A DNA stretch of 64,000 nt from an uncultured bacterium (GTDB lineage Bacteria > Babelota > Babeliae > Babelales > RVW-14), in NCBI GenBank assembly GCA_963759805.1, contig CAVXAT010000008.1:101054-165053 (forward strand), given 5' to 3'. This document shows, one piece after another, positions 52,944 through 64,000 of this stretch (the stretch's first letter is position 1; each line of letters opens with the position of its first letter). The notes beneath the pieces were generated by a model, which had not been told where the DNA came from, did not search any database, and saw only the letters and a list, made by a program, of their open reading frames with translations. The position numbers and the translations under genes are program-made.

Positions 52944-54233
52944 TTAACATCCCTGATCTAGTGGTTGTACAGGTACACGAAAATATCCCTGAAGTAAATC
53001 AGGAAGCTTTTTATAATCAATATTTTTTGTTATTTCAGAAAAATGACCGGAACAGTAGGTGTTCCAGAAGAGAATTTTTTTATCTCGTAATTCCGGTTTT
53101 TTGATTAAATCAAAAAGTAATCCCGCAAATGTTTTGCCTGTATATGTTCCATCGAGTTGAATTTTTTCAAATGTACGTAAAACTCTGATTGCAGTGGCCC
53201 CTTCTTTGGTTGGTTGGGCATATTTTTCGCCCGCAAAAGCATGATTTATTATGTAATCATTTTCGTTAATATCAAAAATTGGGAATTTGTCATCGAACAT
53301 ATTAAGATACTTGTTTGTTGAAGTTATTAGTTTTTGTAGTGTTTGTGCTTTAATTTCTGGGGTTCCACTGATTCTTACCGCAACGACCTTTGTTTTTAGA
53401 CCTGCTGCCTTGCAACCAAGAATTAAGCCTGCCGCTGTTCCGGCGCTGCCAAGTGTAACATAAATATAATCCGGTTCAGGAATTATATTTTGATTTATCT
53501 GTTCTTTGAGTTCAAATGCGGCATTTACAAAACCAACTGTGCCAACCTCATTTGATCCACCCATTGGTATGTAGTATGGAGATTGTTTGCCTGCAAGAAT
53601 AAATTCCCGAGATATCTTTACTTCATCGACAGCTCTCTGTGCTTCTGAAAAATAAGCTTTTATTGTTGGGCTGTAGTATAGATCCATTAACAAATTTCTT
53701 TGTAAATAAGATGCGTTTAGTTGTGGGGCTAGCATAATAATACAATCGAGTCCGATAAGTTTGGAATAAATAGCAGTTGCAAGTGCGTGATTTGATCCTG
53801 CATTACCGACAGTAACAATTGTTTCAGCCTCACATAAAAGTGCGTCTGCAAGTAGAAACTCGAGCTTTCTGACTTTATTTCCACCAAAAAGCTGTGTGCT
53901 ACTAATTTTCCCGCCGCTCAAATTATCCTGTTTTATATAAATATTTTTTACATCGATGTCAAAAGCATCTTTGAGAAATATTCCAAATTTATCAGCTTTT
54001 AAAATTGGAGTTGGAAATGTTCCAAGCGTGATGTGAGGAAGTGTTTCTTGTAAGCCCCGAAAAGCGGTAAATATTGGGGCATTGGAATTAAAATCGAAAT
54101 TTTGTGTGTCTGCGAGTGTACCTTCTAGCGTGGTGTCTTCTATTTGTGTGCTTGCTAAATTTTGGTCTGTTTCTGCATGAAGAGCAAAACTTAGTAGTAC
54201 TGAAAATATAAAAAAACGCAAAGACATCTTCAT
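52944..54233 (-). CDS. D-cysteine desulfhydrase/ACC deaminase-family PLP enzyme with signal-peptide-like N-terminus
   Basis: GGNKVRKLEFLL, SNH, GSAGT.AG, LDGTYTGK; GGAG RBS before MKMSLRFF. Confidence 0.88.
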   Translation of the reverse strand: MKMSLRFFIFSVLLSFALHAETDQNLASTQIEDTTLEGTLADTQNFDFNSNAPIFTAFRGLQETLPHITLGTFPTPILKADKFGIFLKDAFDIDVKNIYIKQDNLSGGKISSTQLFGGNKVRKLEFLLADALLCEAETIVTVGNAGSNHALATAIYSKLIGLDCIIMLAPQLNASYLQRNLLMDLYYSPTIKAYFSEAQRAVDEVKISREFILAGKQSPYYIPMGGSNEVGTVGFVNAAFELKEQINQNIIPEPDYIYVTLGSAGTAAGLILGCKAAGLKTKVVAVRISGTPEIKAQTLQKLITSTNKYLNMFDDKFPIFDINENDYIINHAFAGEKYAQPTKEGATAIRVLRTFEKIQLDGTYTGKTFAGLLFDLIKKPELRDKKILFWNTYCSGHFSEITKNIDYKKLPDLLQGYFRVPVQPLDQGC

Positions 54234-54649
54234 AAAAACTCCCATTAATTTAAAAGATTTGGTGTAATTACCAACCAGCTTTAATTCTATAGATTTTTGG
54301 GTTTGGGGCAAGGGTGGCGAATTAGCGTTTTGTGTTTTAATTTTTTCCAAAAAGAATTATCATTTTTTATCTGAAGCGTATATGCTGTAATAAATGCTTA
54401 TTATTTAACCAAAACTCACTGCGGCTTAATACCGACGCCTAATTTTATTTTATCTTTGTAATGTATTAAATCTTAAAATAATATATAGAAAACTTGAGTC
54501 AGTTGCTATAAAATATATATTGATTTTTTGGATTGTTTAGATATAATTTAAAGCGATATTGAAGTACTGTGCGTGAAGTACTTATTTTAGTTTAATAGTT
54601 TTAGTTGTCTATTTAAATCTATAACACTATATTTACGGAGGATTCTGAA

Positions 54650-54946
54650 ATGGCTGTAAAGATCAAACCGCTTTACGATAGAATTCTAGTCAAAAGAATT
54701 GAGGGTGAACAAAAGTCTGCCGGGGGGATCATTATTCCTGATACCGCACAAGAAAAGACTCAAATCGGGGTTGTCGAGGCTGTCGGAGAAGGCAAGCTTT
54801 TGGCCGATGGTAAGATAAGATCGCTTCATGTTAAGGTGGGGGATCGAGTTATTTTTGGAAAGTATTCTGGAACAGAATTCAAATTTGATGGCCAAGAATA
54901 TCTTATCTCAAGAGAAGAAGAGCTTCTTGGAATTATCGAAAAGTAA
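54650..54946 (+). CDS. groES: Co-chaperonin GroES
   Basis: IKPLYDRILVK, GGIIIPDTA.EK. Confidence 0.97.
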   Translation: MAVKIKPLYDRILVKRIEGEQKSAGGIIIPDTAQEKTQIGVVEAVGEGKLLADGKIRSLHVKVGDRVIFGKYSGTEFKFDGQEYLISREEELLGIIEK

Positions 54947-54956
54947 TAAAACATAA

Positions 54957-56609
<1,653 letters not shown>

Positions 56610-56651
56610 TACCATTCTGGTATAAGATATAAAATACAAAACACATATAAC

Positions 56652-56689
56652 GACCCGGGGCTCAGAAATGAACCTCGGGTTCTTGTTTT
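56652..56689 (+). terminator. groEL terminator
   Basis: ACCCGGGGCTCA-GAAA-TGAACCTCGGGT then T-rich. Confidence 0.75.
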
Positions 56690-56762
56690 ATTGCTAATAT
56701 AAGGTCAGTTCGATCTTAGGAAAGGGGCTGAGGACGTCAAAAGTGTCTTCCAATCAGAGATT

Positions 56763-56875
56763 TGTCATCCTGAATTTATTTCAGGATCCATGGATAAATT
56801 TATTCCAAATTTCTGCAATTGGACAGTAGGAGCAACTAATCCATGGATGCTGAAACGAGTTCAGCATGACACAGC
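56763..56875. repeat. Family-1 REP doublet (REPIN/MITE-like), complete
   Basis: Two palindromes in inverted orientation (TGTCATCCTGAA...TTCAGCATGACA) around a spacer shared with the 28.1-kb copy. Confidence 0.82.
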
Positions 56876-56982
56876 ACTTCGATCAAAGTGTCTATCTGCA
56901 ACACGATTCAGACATTTTTTAGACATCATTATGACATCTTAATGGTGTCACTTATATTTGAAAATATTGCGTGTTATAAAGC

Positions 56983-57921
56983 TTAGTGCCTGCCTCTGCT
57001 GCCATGACCCACCGAATGAGTTCCTGCCGAAATTTTATGTGTGGCATGTGCACCTTTTGACTCATGAATATGGTTGTGTCTAGAAGTTGGTTGAGTAATT
57101 GCTACAACACTCGGTTCTGTGTACACAACCGTGCTTGTATCTGCTCCTACAGATTGAGCAGCTTGATCAGGTTCAGTTGTTTGCGTTGGGACGTTTGCTT
57201 GTACCGATGTATCAGGAGTTGATGTATCTTGCTGCGTTGGTGAGTCTTTAATATTCTGCATATCTTTTGAAATTATTGCTTGAGTTAATACGCTAATATT
57301 GATATTACTAAACGCATCAATAGTTGAATTTTCTTGGCCAAAACCAACAAATCTTATCATAGAGCCGGGATACTGGTCGCATAGCATGTTGCCAATTTCA
57401 TTTGTCCCAATTGTTTGCCCGGATCCCCAGTGAATAAGAACCCGGCTATGTCCGGTTGATCCGCGCATTGGATCATCGGTTACTTCTTTATTTGTAAGAA
57501 AAATCCAATAAGTTGTTGGCGAAGAGGTTGGTGTGAATGTGATTTTTTTCGTGTCAGAAGTTTCTGCCATTTCTGGTGATAATCCTACTGTTACATTATT
57601 GGTTCCCTGAACAGTAAAAATAATTGACCAATTTGATGCCCATACGCTGTAAGTGCCCATGTTTTCAGTTGGTCTTTTCCATGCTTCTTTAAATGTTAAT
57701 GTGGGTGTAGCTGATATATGCACAAGAGAAAAGGTTAAAAAAAACAGAGCCAGTAGGGTTAGATTGAGTGCTGTATGCCCGCTTCCCAAACCGAACAAAT
57801 CCCACCAGCCCGCTCGTGGTGAGCTTGTCGAACCATCGCCCGTCTTGTCCGCCGTAGTTTTAACGAAGGCGGAAGGGCGGCGGGCGCAGTTTCGGGAGAA
57901 GTCTAATAAATTTTTTTTCAT
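56983..57921 (-). CDS. Secreted hypothetical protein, possible FAMeT-like domain, palindromes in frame near the N-terminus
   Basis: GAGG RBS, hydrophobic stretch, F.V.G.N...V.LS...YWI...IRFVGF, Thr- and His-rich tail. Confidence 0.7.
   Translation of the reverse strand: MKKNLLDFSRNCARRPSAFVKTTADKTGDGSTSSPRAGWWDLFGLGSGHTALNLTLLALFFLTFSLVHISATPTLTFKEAWKRPTENMGTYSVWASNWSIIFTVQGTNNVTVGLSPEMAETSDTKKITFTPTSSPTTYWIFLTNKEVTDDPMRGSTGHSRVLIHWGSGQTIGTNEIGNMLCDQYPGSMIRFVGFGQENSTIDAFSNINISVLTQAIISKDMQNIKDSPTQQDTSTPDTSVQANVPTQTTEPDQAAQSVGADTSTVVYTEPSVVAITQPTSRHNHIHESKGAHATHKISAGTHSVGHGSRGRH
57808..57887. repeat. Composite palindromic element inside a CDS
   Basis: GC-rich; reverse complement contains CCTTCG...CTACGGCGGACAAGACGG as at 28041-28074. 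Confidence 0.75.
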
Positions 57922-57930
57922 AATTACACC

Positions 57931-58185
57931 TCAAATTTTGTTTGATGCTTTTTCAATTACTTCCAAAATCCAGAGATTTCTGGAAATTGTTCCAATTCTT
58001 TCTTTTCTTTTAACATCTATTTTTGTAAGAAGTTTTTTGGGTATTCGTAATGTAAGTCTATGATCATCTTCTTGTTCAGACGCATTATTAATGATACTCC
58101 CTCCTTTGGATATAAACTGTTCAATCTTTTTTTCGTTTTTTGCTTGAATGGGTTTTGCCGGTTTTAAAAGCTCTTTTACAGCCAT
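57931..58185 (-). CDS. ParG-like ribbon-helix-helix protein
   Basis: IEQFISKG...RLTLRIPKKLL..ID...ISRN.WI; directly after parA. Confidence 0.72.
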   Translation of the reverse strand: MAVKELLKPAKPIQAKNEKKIEQFISKGGSIINNASEQEDDHRLTLRIPKKLLTKIDVKRKERIGTISRNLWILEVIEKASNKI

Positions 58186-58209
58186 TTTTTTTATTCTCCT
58201 GTGTTTTGT

Positions 58210-58890
58210 TTATGACGCAGTTTTGACATTAATATGACGCTTTAATGGCATATTAGTTATGCCAAATATTTTGTCATGCAAGGCGTACATTTCACTCTTT
58301 GCTTTTGGGTCATTTTTCATCTCAATTACAGCCAGCCCTTCCGATGTTGCATTTGAAAAAACTTTTCGCAAACCAACTGTCACAGATAATAATGATAAAT
58401 TTTTTGCTTTTGCAATAATGTTTTTAGCTTCATCATTATCGCTGCCTCGTGGGCTTGCGCAGTTTATGAATGCATGACAGATTAATTTGTCGTTTATAAT
58501 TTTAGCTTCCTCTATCAGATCTGAAACTTGTGTTGCTGTCCAGATGTCAAAACTCTTTGGTTGGAATGGGACAAGAAAGATATTTGAAATTGTCAGAGCT
58601 GCTCTTAGTGATGAGGTATCTCTTCCACCACAGTCAATTAAAATGTCGTCATAATGACTTTCAAGCTTTTTTACTTCTGTTCGAACTGCGCTACCTTTTA
58701 AATGAATGGTGGTCCATGGTGTGTTAATGCCCAAACTGATTCTGTGGTCGGTCCAATCTCCGGTTGTTCCTTGCTCATCAGCATCGATAAGCAAAATCTT
58801 TTTGCCGGCAAGTGCGCGCATGACTGCAAGATTAATCGCGATCATGCTTTTGCCAACTCCGCCTTTTATACTTCCTACAGTGATAATCAT
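58210..58890 (-). CDS. parA: Short plasmid-type (Ib) ParA ATPase
   Basis: KGGVGKS, IDADEQG, IDCGG, PFQPKSFD; no N-terminal HTH. Confidence 0.9.
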   Translation of the reverse strand: MIITVGSIKGGVGKSMIAINLAVMRALAGKKILLIDADEQGTTGDWTDHRISLGINTPWTTIHLKGSAVRTEVKKLESHYDDILIDCGGRDTSSLRAALTISNIFLVPFQPKSFDIWTATQVSDLIEEAKIINDKLICHAFINCASPRGSDNDEAKNIIAKAKNLSLLSVTVGLRKVFSNATSEGLAVIEMKNDPKAKSEMYALHDKIFGITNMPLKRHINVKTAS

Positions 58891-58912
58891 ACGAATTCCT
58901 CCCCTAAATCTT

Positions 58913-58933
58913 ATGACATAATTTATATGTCAT
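58913..58933. promoter_or_regulatory. Inverted repeat upstream of parA (candidate RHH operator)
   Basis: ATGACATA-ATTTA-TATGTCAT. Confidence 0.55.
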
Positions 58934-59106
58934 AAATATGTCCCAAATATTTATTTTTGATGCATTGCGTTTGTCATTAGTCTGTCTTTAATTAAATTAA
59001 TAAATATCATTTTGTTAGATTAAATTCAATGATTTTGAAAAATTAATATTTTGAAGATTATAGTCTTGGGAAAAATTACAATTTTCAATGGGCTCCTTAC
59101 ACATAA

Positions 59107-59143
59107 AGAGACCCGGAGCTTAGAAATGAGCCACGGGTCTCTT
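59107..59143 (-). terminator. Terminator hairpin
   Basis: AGAGACCCGGAGCTTA-GAAA-TGAGCCACGGGTCTCT. Confidence 0.7.
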
Positions 59144-59174
59144 GTATTCACGTGTAATAAAATTGCGCTGTGCT

Positions 59175-60200
59175 CTACTTAACCTTGCCTAGTTTTACAA
59201 CTTCATTTAGTAGTGGAATCAATACATCGTTTACATAACCCTTTTGAGATTGACCATATTTTGTTTTTACCGCCTTATTGGTGAATGGGTTTGGAAAGCC
59301 CGTGCCGGCAGGTCCACTAGTTAACAAGCTTGATTTTTCGGCGTCATTTAATAGAGTTAGGAAATTGTTGTAGTTGCCCAAGCCTGTGTTAATACTCTTT
59401 ATAAGAGCTTTTATGTTAGTTTTATTAGCTGCAGAGTATGGTGTTTTCAGGGCTGCATAAGATTTAATTGTTTTTGCTCCACTAACAATAAAATTGCCGC
59501 CATAGGTCATAATTGCTCCTGCAAAAATAGTGCAAGTTGCAGCTGTAACCTTAGCGTTTTTTAGTGAGCCGGTGGCAATTTTATTTAATGCAAGAATACC
59601 TGCCGCCATTGTTGTTGGTGGCGTTGCGTTGGTGATAGCATTAACAGCATTTACAACTTGCTGGTCAACTGACACAGTTGGAGTTGTCGGCGTTGTTGGT
59701 GTAGTTGGCGTTGTTGGTGTGGTTGGTGTGGTTGGTGTGGTTGGTGTGGTTGGCGTAGTTGGAGTTGTCGGCGTAGTTGGAGTTGTTGGAGTTGTCGGCG
59801 TAGTTGGAGTTGTCGGCGTAGTTGGAGTTGTTGGAGTTGTCGGTGTTGCGCTTGCCAATGCACTTTTTTTATTATTAACAGCGGTCAACCAAGCGTTTAT
59901 ATTAGTATAATAAGTCGAAAGAGATGTTCCCGTTGCAGGCACTGTGGTACCATCACTAGTATAAAACGCCATAGCACTTGTAAGCATATTTGTATAAGTA
60001 CCAAAAGTAGGGTCTGTAGAACTTGTTATATTTGTAAAAGCAGATGGAAATGTTGTTGAGGAAGTTTCACTAAATCCTAACCCCTTTATTGCATTATAAA
60101 CGGCTGAGTCCGGATCAGTTCCCAAAGCCCTAGCAAATTTTATGTTAAGGCAGAGTATAAGAATAAGCCCTATACTTATTAATTTAATATTTAATTTCAT
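59175..60200 (-). CDS. Secreted Thr/Ala-rich protein (module A + TPT linker + module C)
   Basis: Signal peptide; homology blocks shared with neighbours. Confidence 0.85.
   Translation of the reverse strand: MKLNIKLISIGLILILCLNIKFARALGTDPDSAVYNAIKGLGFSETSSTTFPSAFTNITSSTDPTFGTYTNMLTSAMAFYTSDGTTVPATGTSLSTYYTNINAWLTAVNNKKSALASATPTTPTTPTTPTTPTTPTTPTTPTTPTTPTTPTTPTTPTTPTTPTTPTTPTTPTTPTVSVDQQVVNAVNAITNATPPTTMAAGILALNKIATGSLKNAKVTAATCTIFAGAIMTYGGNFIVSGAKTIKSYAALKTPYSAANKTNIKALIKSINTGLGNYNNFLTLLNDAEKSSLLTSGPAGTGFPNPFTNKAVKTKYGQSQKGYVNDVLIPLLNEVVKLGKVK
59676..59846 (-). repeat. 9-bp coding tandem repeat, (TPT)x19
   Basis: Direct reading of sequence and translation. Confidence 0.95.
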
Positions 60201-60239
60201 TTACAATTACCTTTGATTTTTAAAATTGAATCAATTGAT

Positions 60240-61049
60240 TTATGACAATGGGGCTACGGGGGTTGTTGTTTTGAATGTTCTCCAAGCTCTTACAGCAGGG
60301 GTGAAGTTAGCATTTCCAAGTAAAGTTGCAATATCACCAGGTGCAGTTGGAATAGTTGTTGTAATCTGAGTAAGAACTGCAGCGGTTAAAGGAGTGATCA
60401 GTGCATTAGCATTAGTTAAAGCGATCGTTGCTCCTGCTACTAATGCAAAAATTGGATTACTGATTGCAGCTGTTAACACTGCTGAAAGCGATGTAAGATA
60501 TGCAGATAAATTTGTTTGACCTATAACAACAGTTGGTGATGCTGCCGTGATGATTGTATTGCACAGAGTTTTTACATCGGAAGCATTTAGGCCGGTAGTA
60601 CTAGTGAACACTTTTAAAATGGAAGTATTGATATAATCGATATTCTTTGTGTCACTTATACTTGCGGCTGGAATGACTTTCAAAGCAGAACTGAAGGCTG
60701 ATGCATCTGCTACCAGAGTTGCTTGTTGAGCATTAACGGCAGTCAGCCAAGTGTTTGCATCAGTATAATAAGTCGAAAGAGGAGTAGTCGTAGGCGCTGT
60801 TTTACCATCACTGGTATAAAAGGCCATAGCATTTGTAAGCATGCTAACATAAGTAGTAAATGTTGTATCAGTAGGGCTTGTTAGACTCGTAATAGCAGAT
60901 GGGAGTGTCGATTTTCCTGTGGCAAAGCCTAAATTTGTTAATGCATTATAAACCGCTGCATCAGGATCTATGGTCGATGCTGCAAAAATTCCATTACTCA
61001 AAACCATAAAACCTGCTACCAAAATAATTGATTTGAAATTAGTCTTCAT
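60240..61049 (-). CDS. Secreted Thr/Ala-rich protein (modules A + B)
   Basis: MKTNFKSIILVAGFMVLSNGIFA signal peptide. Confidence 0.85.
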   Translation of the reverse strand: MKTNFKSIILVAGFMVLSNGIFAASTIDPDAAVYNALTNLGFATGKSTLPSAITSLTSPTDTTFTTYVSMLTNAMAFYTSDGKTAPTTTPLSTYYTDANTWLTAVNAQQATLVADASAFSSALKVIPAASISDTKNIDYINTSILKVFTSTTGLNASDVKTLCNTIITAASPTVVIGQTNLSAYLTSLSAVLTAAISNPIFALVAGATIALTNANALITPLTAAVLTQITTTIPTAPGDIATLLGNANFTPAVRAWRTFKTTTPVAPLS

Positions 61050-61129
61050 TTTTTCCCTTTCACTAAAAAATATTATTATATTATTTAACTTATTTTCATA
61101 CTTATTTAACATTAGTTAAATCCGCTTGT

Positions 61130-63139
61130 TTATGACAATGGATATGCTGCTTTGAATTTTCTCCAAGTTATTACTGCATTTACAAATGCAGGATTTGTAA
61201 TCAAAGTTGAAATTTCAGTAGGTGTGCTTGGAATGGTTGTAGTAATTTGGGTAACAGTTGCAGTATCTAGAGCACTAATTAATGCATTAGCATTGGTTAG
61301 TCCGGTTTTTTGTGTTGAAACTGTAAAAATTGGACTAGTGCTTGCTGTTGCTAACATTGCGAGAAGTCCTGTTGCTGTTCCTGTTGCTGCCGATTGTCCT
61401 GAAAATACTGTTCCTGATGCAGTCCCTGTTGCAAGATATGTTGATAAATTAGCTGCTGTTTGACTTGCAACAAGATTTGCTGCTGCGATAATTGCATTAT
61501 ACAGAATTGGGACGCTTGCAGAAGGCAAATTGGTAGTATTAGCATAAGTAGTAAGAATATAGTTACAATCGCTAACAGGTGAAGTTGATGCAGCAAGCTT
61601 TCCAACATCAGTTGTGAAGTTGGTACTCACAGCTGCGTTTGCAGTTGTGATTGAGTATTTACATTTTTAAGCCATGTTGTAGCAGTTGTTTGTTCTGCTG
61701 AAGTTAAAAGGGTTGTCAGGTTGGTATTACTGAGCAGAGTTTGTAGCGCCGTAAGATTTGCAGGTGTTATAGTAGATAACGGTTGTTGAGTTGTTTTATT
61801 AAAATAATTCTTTTGAATATTTGCGACAAGTCCTGTACTTGCGCTTGGATAATCAATCAAGCATTTAAGATTTAGGATTAATCCACTGTTATAATTAGCA
61901 TTACTTACTATCGCATTTAGGGCCGCCGGTGTTGTTGCGTTATTTAAATCTGAGGTAAAATTTGTTAGGGCGCTTACAACCGTAGCCTTTTGACCAAAAA
62001 GATCAGCCTTTTCATTAGTGGATAGTAGGTTGTTTAACGAAGTTGCGTTGGTTTTAATCAATGTATTTAAGTCATTCAGTGCCGAACCGGTGACATTTGG
62101 TATGCCATTGGTAAAGAAAGTTAGTATTTTGGCATAAATACCCGTAGATGCGGTTGGGTAATCAACTAAATAAGTTACAGAGTTGTAGGTAGAATTACCA
62201 ACTATTGTATTAACAGCACTTGGTGTTGTAGCTGCGGCCAAAGCTGTTTCGAATCCTAATATAGTGTTATTGATTGGTGTAGCAGCAGCAATGCTAAGAA
62301 GTGCAACGGGAGCTTTTGCTACAGTGACCCATCCGAATTTCATATATTGCGTTAAAGCTGTATATGAGGCGACATAAGGATTACCATTCGTAGTGTAGTC
62401 ATTTCCGACGCTCCACCCTAACCCTTGCGAGGTTACGGCAAGAGATATCACTCCACCGTCCAATGGTTGCCAATGAGCTCCTAGCAATAAATATGGAGAA
62501 TGAGTTGTACTACCAACTGTCAAGATCTGATTATTTAGTCCTACAACAACACTGCTTACAGGGATTGAGTTGTTATTAGAATCAACAGGTAGTGATTGTT
62601 TGACCCATCCCCAGCTGGAGGTTGATTTGTTTGCAGATGCACCAAGGTAAAGATTCCCATCCGTTCCGATGCACCATCCTTGGCCGTCTGAAGTTATGGC
62701 AAGAGATACTACCAAACCATCAAATTTTTGCCAATCAGATCCGGTCCAGAGGTAGGGAATGTTATTGCAAATTGCCCAAACTGTGCCATTTTGACCAGCA
62801 ACAACACCAGTAACTCCACTTGCCAATTTGTTACTAGTTCCGCTTACGACTTGCCAACTTCCAACAGTATCGGTGGCTTTTGATATCTGTACGTTTCCGT
62901 TATAAGCAGCCCATAGATTTCCACCAGTATCCATTGCCAATGATGTTACGGTACCCGAAACTAATTGCCAAGCAGATCCGGTCCAGTAATATGGATGATT
63001 ATCTGTTCCAACTGCAAATACTTGACTGGTGGCTTGTGTTGTGACAGGTTGTAAGTTTGGCATAAAAAATAGGCTCAGATTTAAGAAAAATCAAACCAGT
63101 GAGCAGTGGTTTGAAAATTGGTTTTATAAAGTTTCCCAT
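61130..63139 (-). CDS. Secreted tectonin-like propeller + modules D, D, B; apparent indels near 61652 and 63085-63115
   Basis: ORFs 61627..63063 and 61130..61630 join with one added A (VNTQITTANAAVSTN); AAGGA RBS and ATG at 63139 give a signal peptide if two extra C are removed. Confidence 0.72.
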
Positions 63140-63212
63140 ACTGCTATTTCCTTTCTTATAAAATTGGTTAAAACTATTAACATTATTTTATTATATCAAT
63201 ACATATCTCCTC

Positions 63213-64000
63213 TTATTTTATACTTTTCAGTTTAGTAACATTGGTTTGTAAATTTGTAAGTGATGGTAACAATGTACTGTTGATAGATGCTCTCTGGGCT
63301 GTAGTTAATAAATTACAGTTTGCAGCATCGCTTAGCAATGTTTTAAATAAACTAATGAATGTGTTTAAATTTTTTACAATATTGGCATTAGTGCTAAGTA
63401 GTTTTTTAATGTTAGTTTTATCTTTTGCTGAATAGCTTGTCTGAGTAGCATATTTGTTAACCGAAGCAATGAACGTTCCGCCTGCTGTCATAATTGCCGT
63501 TGCAAGTGTGTTGGAAGTTGCAACCAAAACGGTGGCATTGCTCAATGGGCCTGTGGTTATACTTATTAATTGGCTAATTTGCCCCAGAGTTGTTTTTTGC
63601 TTCATAGCGCTCTTAACGGCATTCACAACTTGAGTGTCAGGACTGTTTGTCTTTATTGCAGTTTTCACATTTTTAAGCCATGTTGCAATGCTTTTTTTCT
63701 CTATTGAACTAAGAAAATTACTTAAAGCTGGATTGGATAACAATGTTTGTAAATCTGTCAGGGCTTGACCGGTTACGTTTGGTGTGCCATTGGTGTTGAA
63801 GAAGCTCTGTATGGTAGTGAAAATAGTAGCAGGACTATTTGTGGTGGGGTTTGTGATTTGACAGTCAATCAAATAGGGTGCACCGGTGGTGTTGGAAACT
63901 AAGGTATTTAACGTGCCGGGGATTGTGACTCCTGCCTGTGGGGTTAGGGCTGCTGCCAAAAAGGCAGCAAAAGCATTTGTCTGTTGCTGTATCTGCTCCT
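63213..64000 (-). CDS. Thr/Ala-rich protein (modules D + C), 5'-partial
   Basis: Frame stays open to the right edge; shares blocks with neighbours. Confidence 0.85.
   Translation of the reverse strand, partial: EQIQQQTNAFAAFLAAALTPQAGVTIPGTLNTLVSNTTGAPYLIDCQITNPTTNSPATIFTTIQSFFNTNGTPNVTGQALTDLQTLLSNPALSNFLSSIEKKSIATWLKNVKTAIKTNSPDTQVVNAVKSAMKQKTTLGQISQLISITTGPLSNATVLVATSNTLATAIMTAGGTFIASVNKYATQTSYSAKDKTNIKKLLSTNANIVKNLNTFISLFKTLLSDAANCNLLTTAQRASINSTLLPSLTNLQTNVTKLKSIK

Noticed and set aside
54400..54650. CIRCE operator upstream of groES
   Set aside because: No TTAGCACTC-N9-GAGTGCTAA seen.
59142..59160. Canonical parS site
   Set aside because: About five mismatches to TGTTTCACGTGAAACA.

Overview
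AT-rich bacterial chromosome segment. Gene content (tandem secreted WD40-like paralogs, a fused multi-hairpin ATP synthase c subunit, many signal-peptide hypotheticals) most resembles Candidatus Dependentiae/Babelota, parasites of protists; this is an inference. Layout: (1) 1-10.1 kb, tandem mosaic array of secreted beta-propeller genes; (2) 10-35 kb, housekeeping block (gyrB, tadA, DksA-like, tRNA-Thr, tRNA-Glu, kdsD, rbfA, rpsU, HtrA, cysK, dapF, Omp85, F0 genes, two APC transporters); (3) 35.7-41.55 kb, accessory island with two HEPN-like genes, an IS200 and a probable orphan IS110-type non-coding end; (4) sufBD-mnmG, then the probable replication origin (~45.65-46.35 kb; 11-bp-phased DnaA-box arrays and a palindromic DnaA-trio/AT element), nusA-infB-lpxK, groESL; (5) a plasmid-type parA/RHH cassette with phased repeats; (6) 59-64 kb, a second array of secreted Thr/Ala-rich proteins built from shuffled modules. 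Two families of REP-like palindromes are dispersed, some in frame inside genes. Several single-base indels (including sufB) suggest assembly errors, so pseudogene calls are uncertain.
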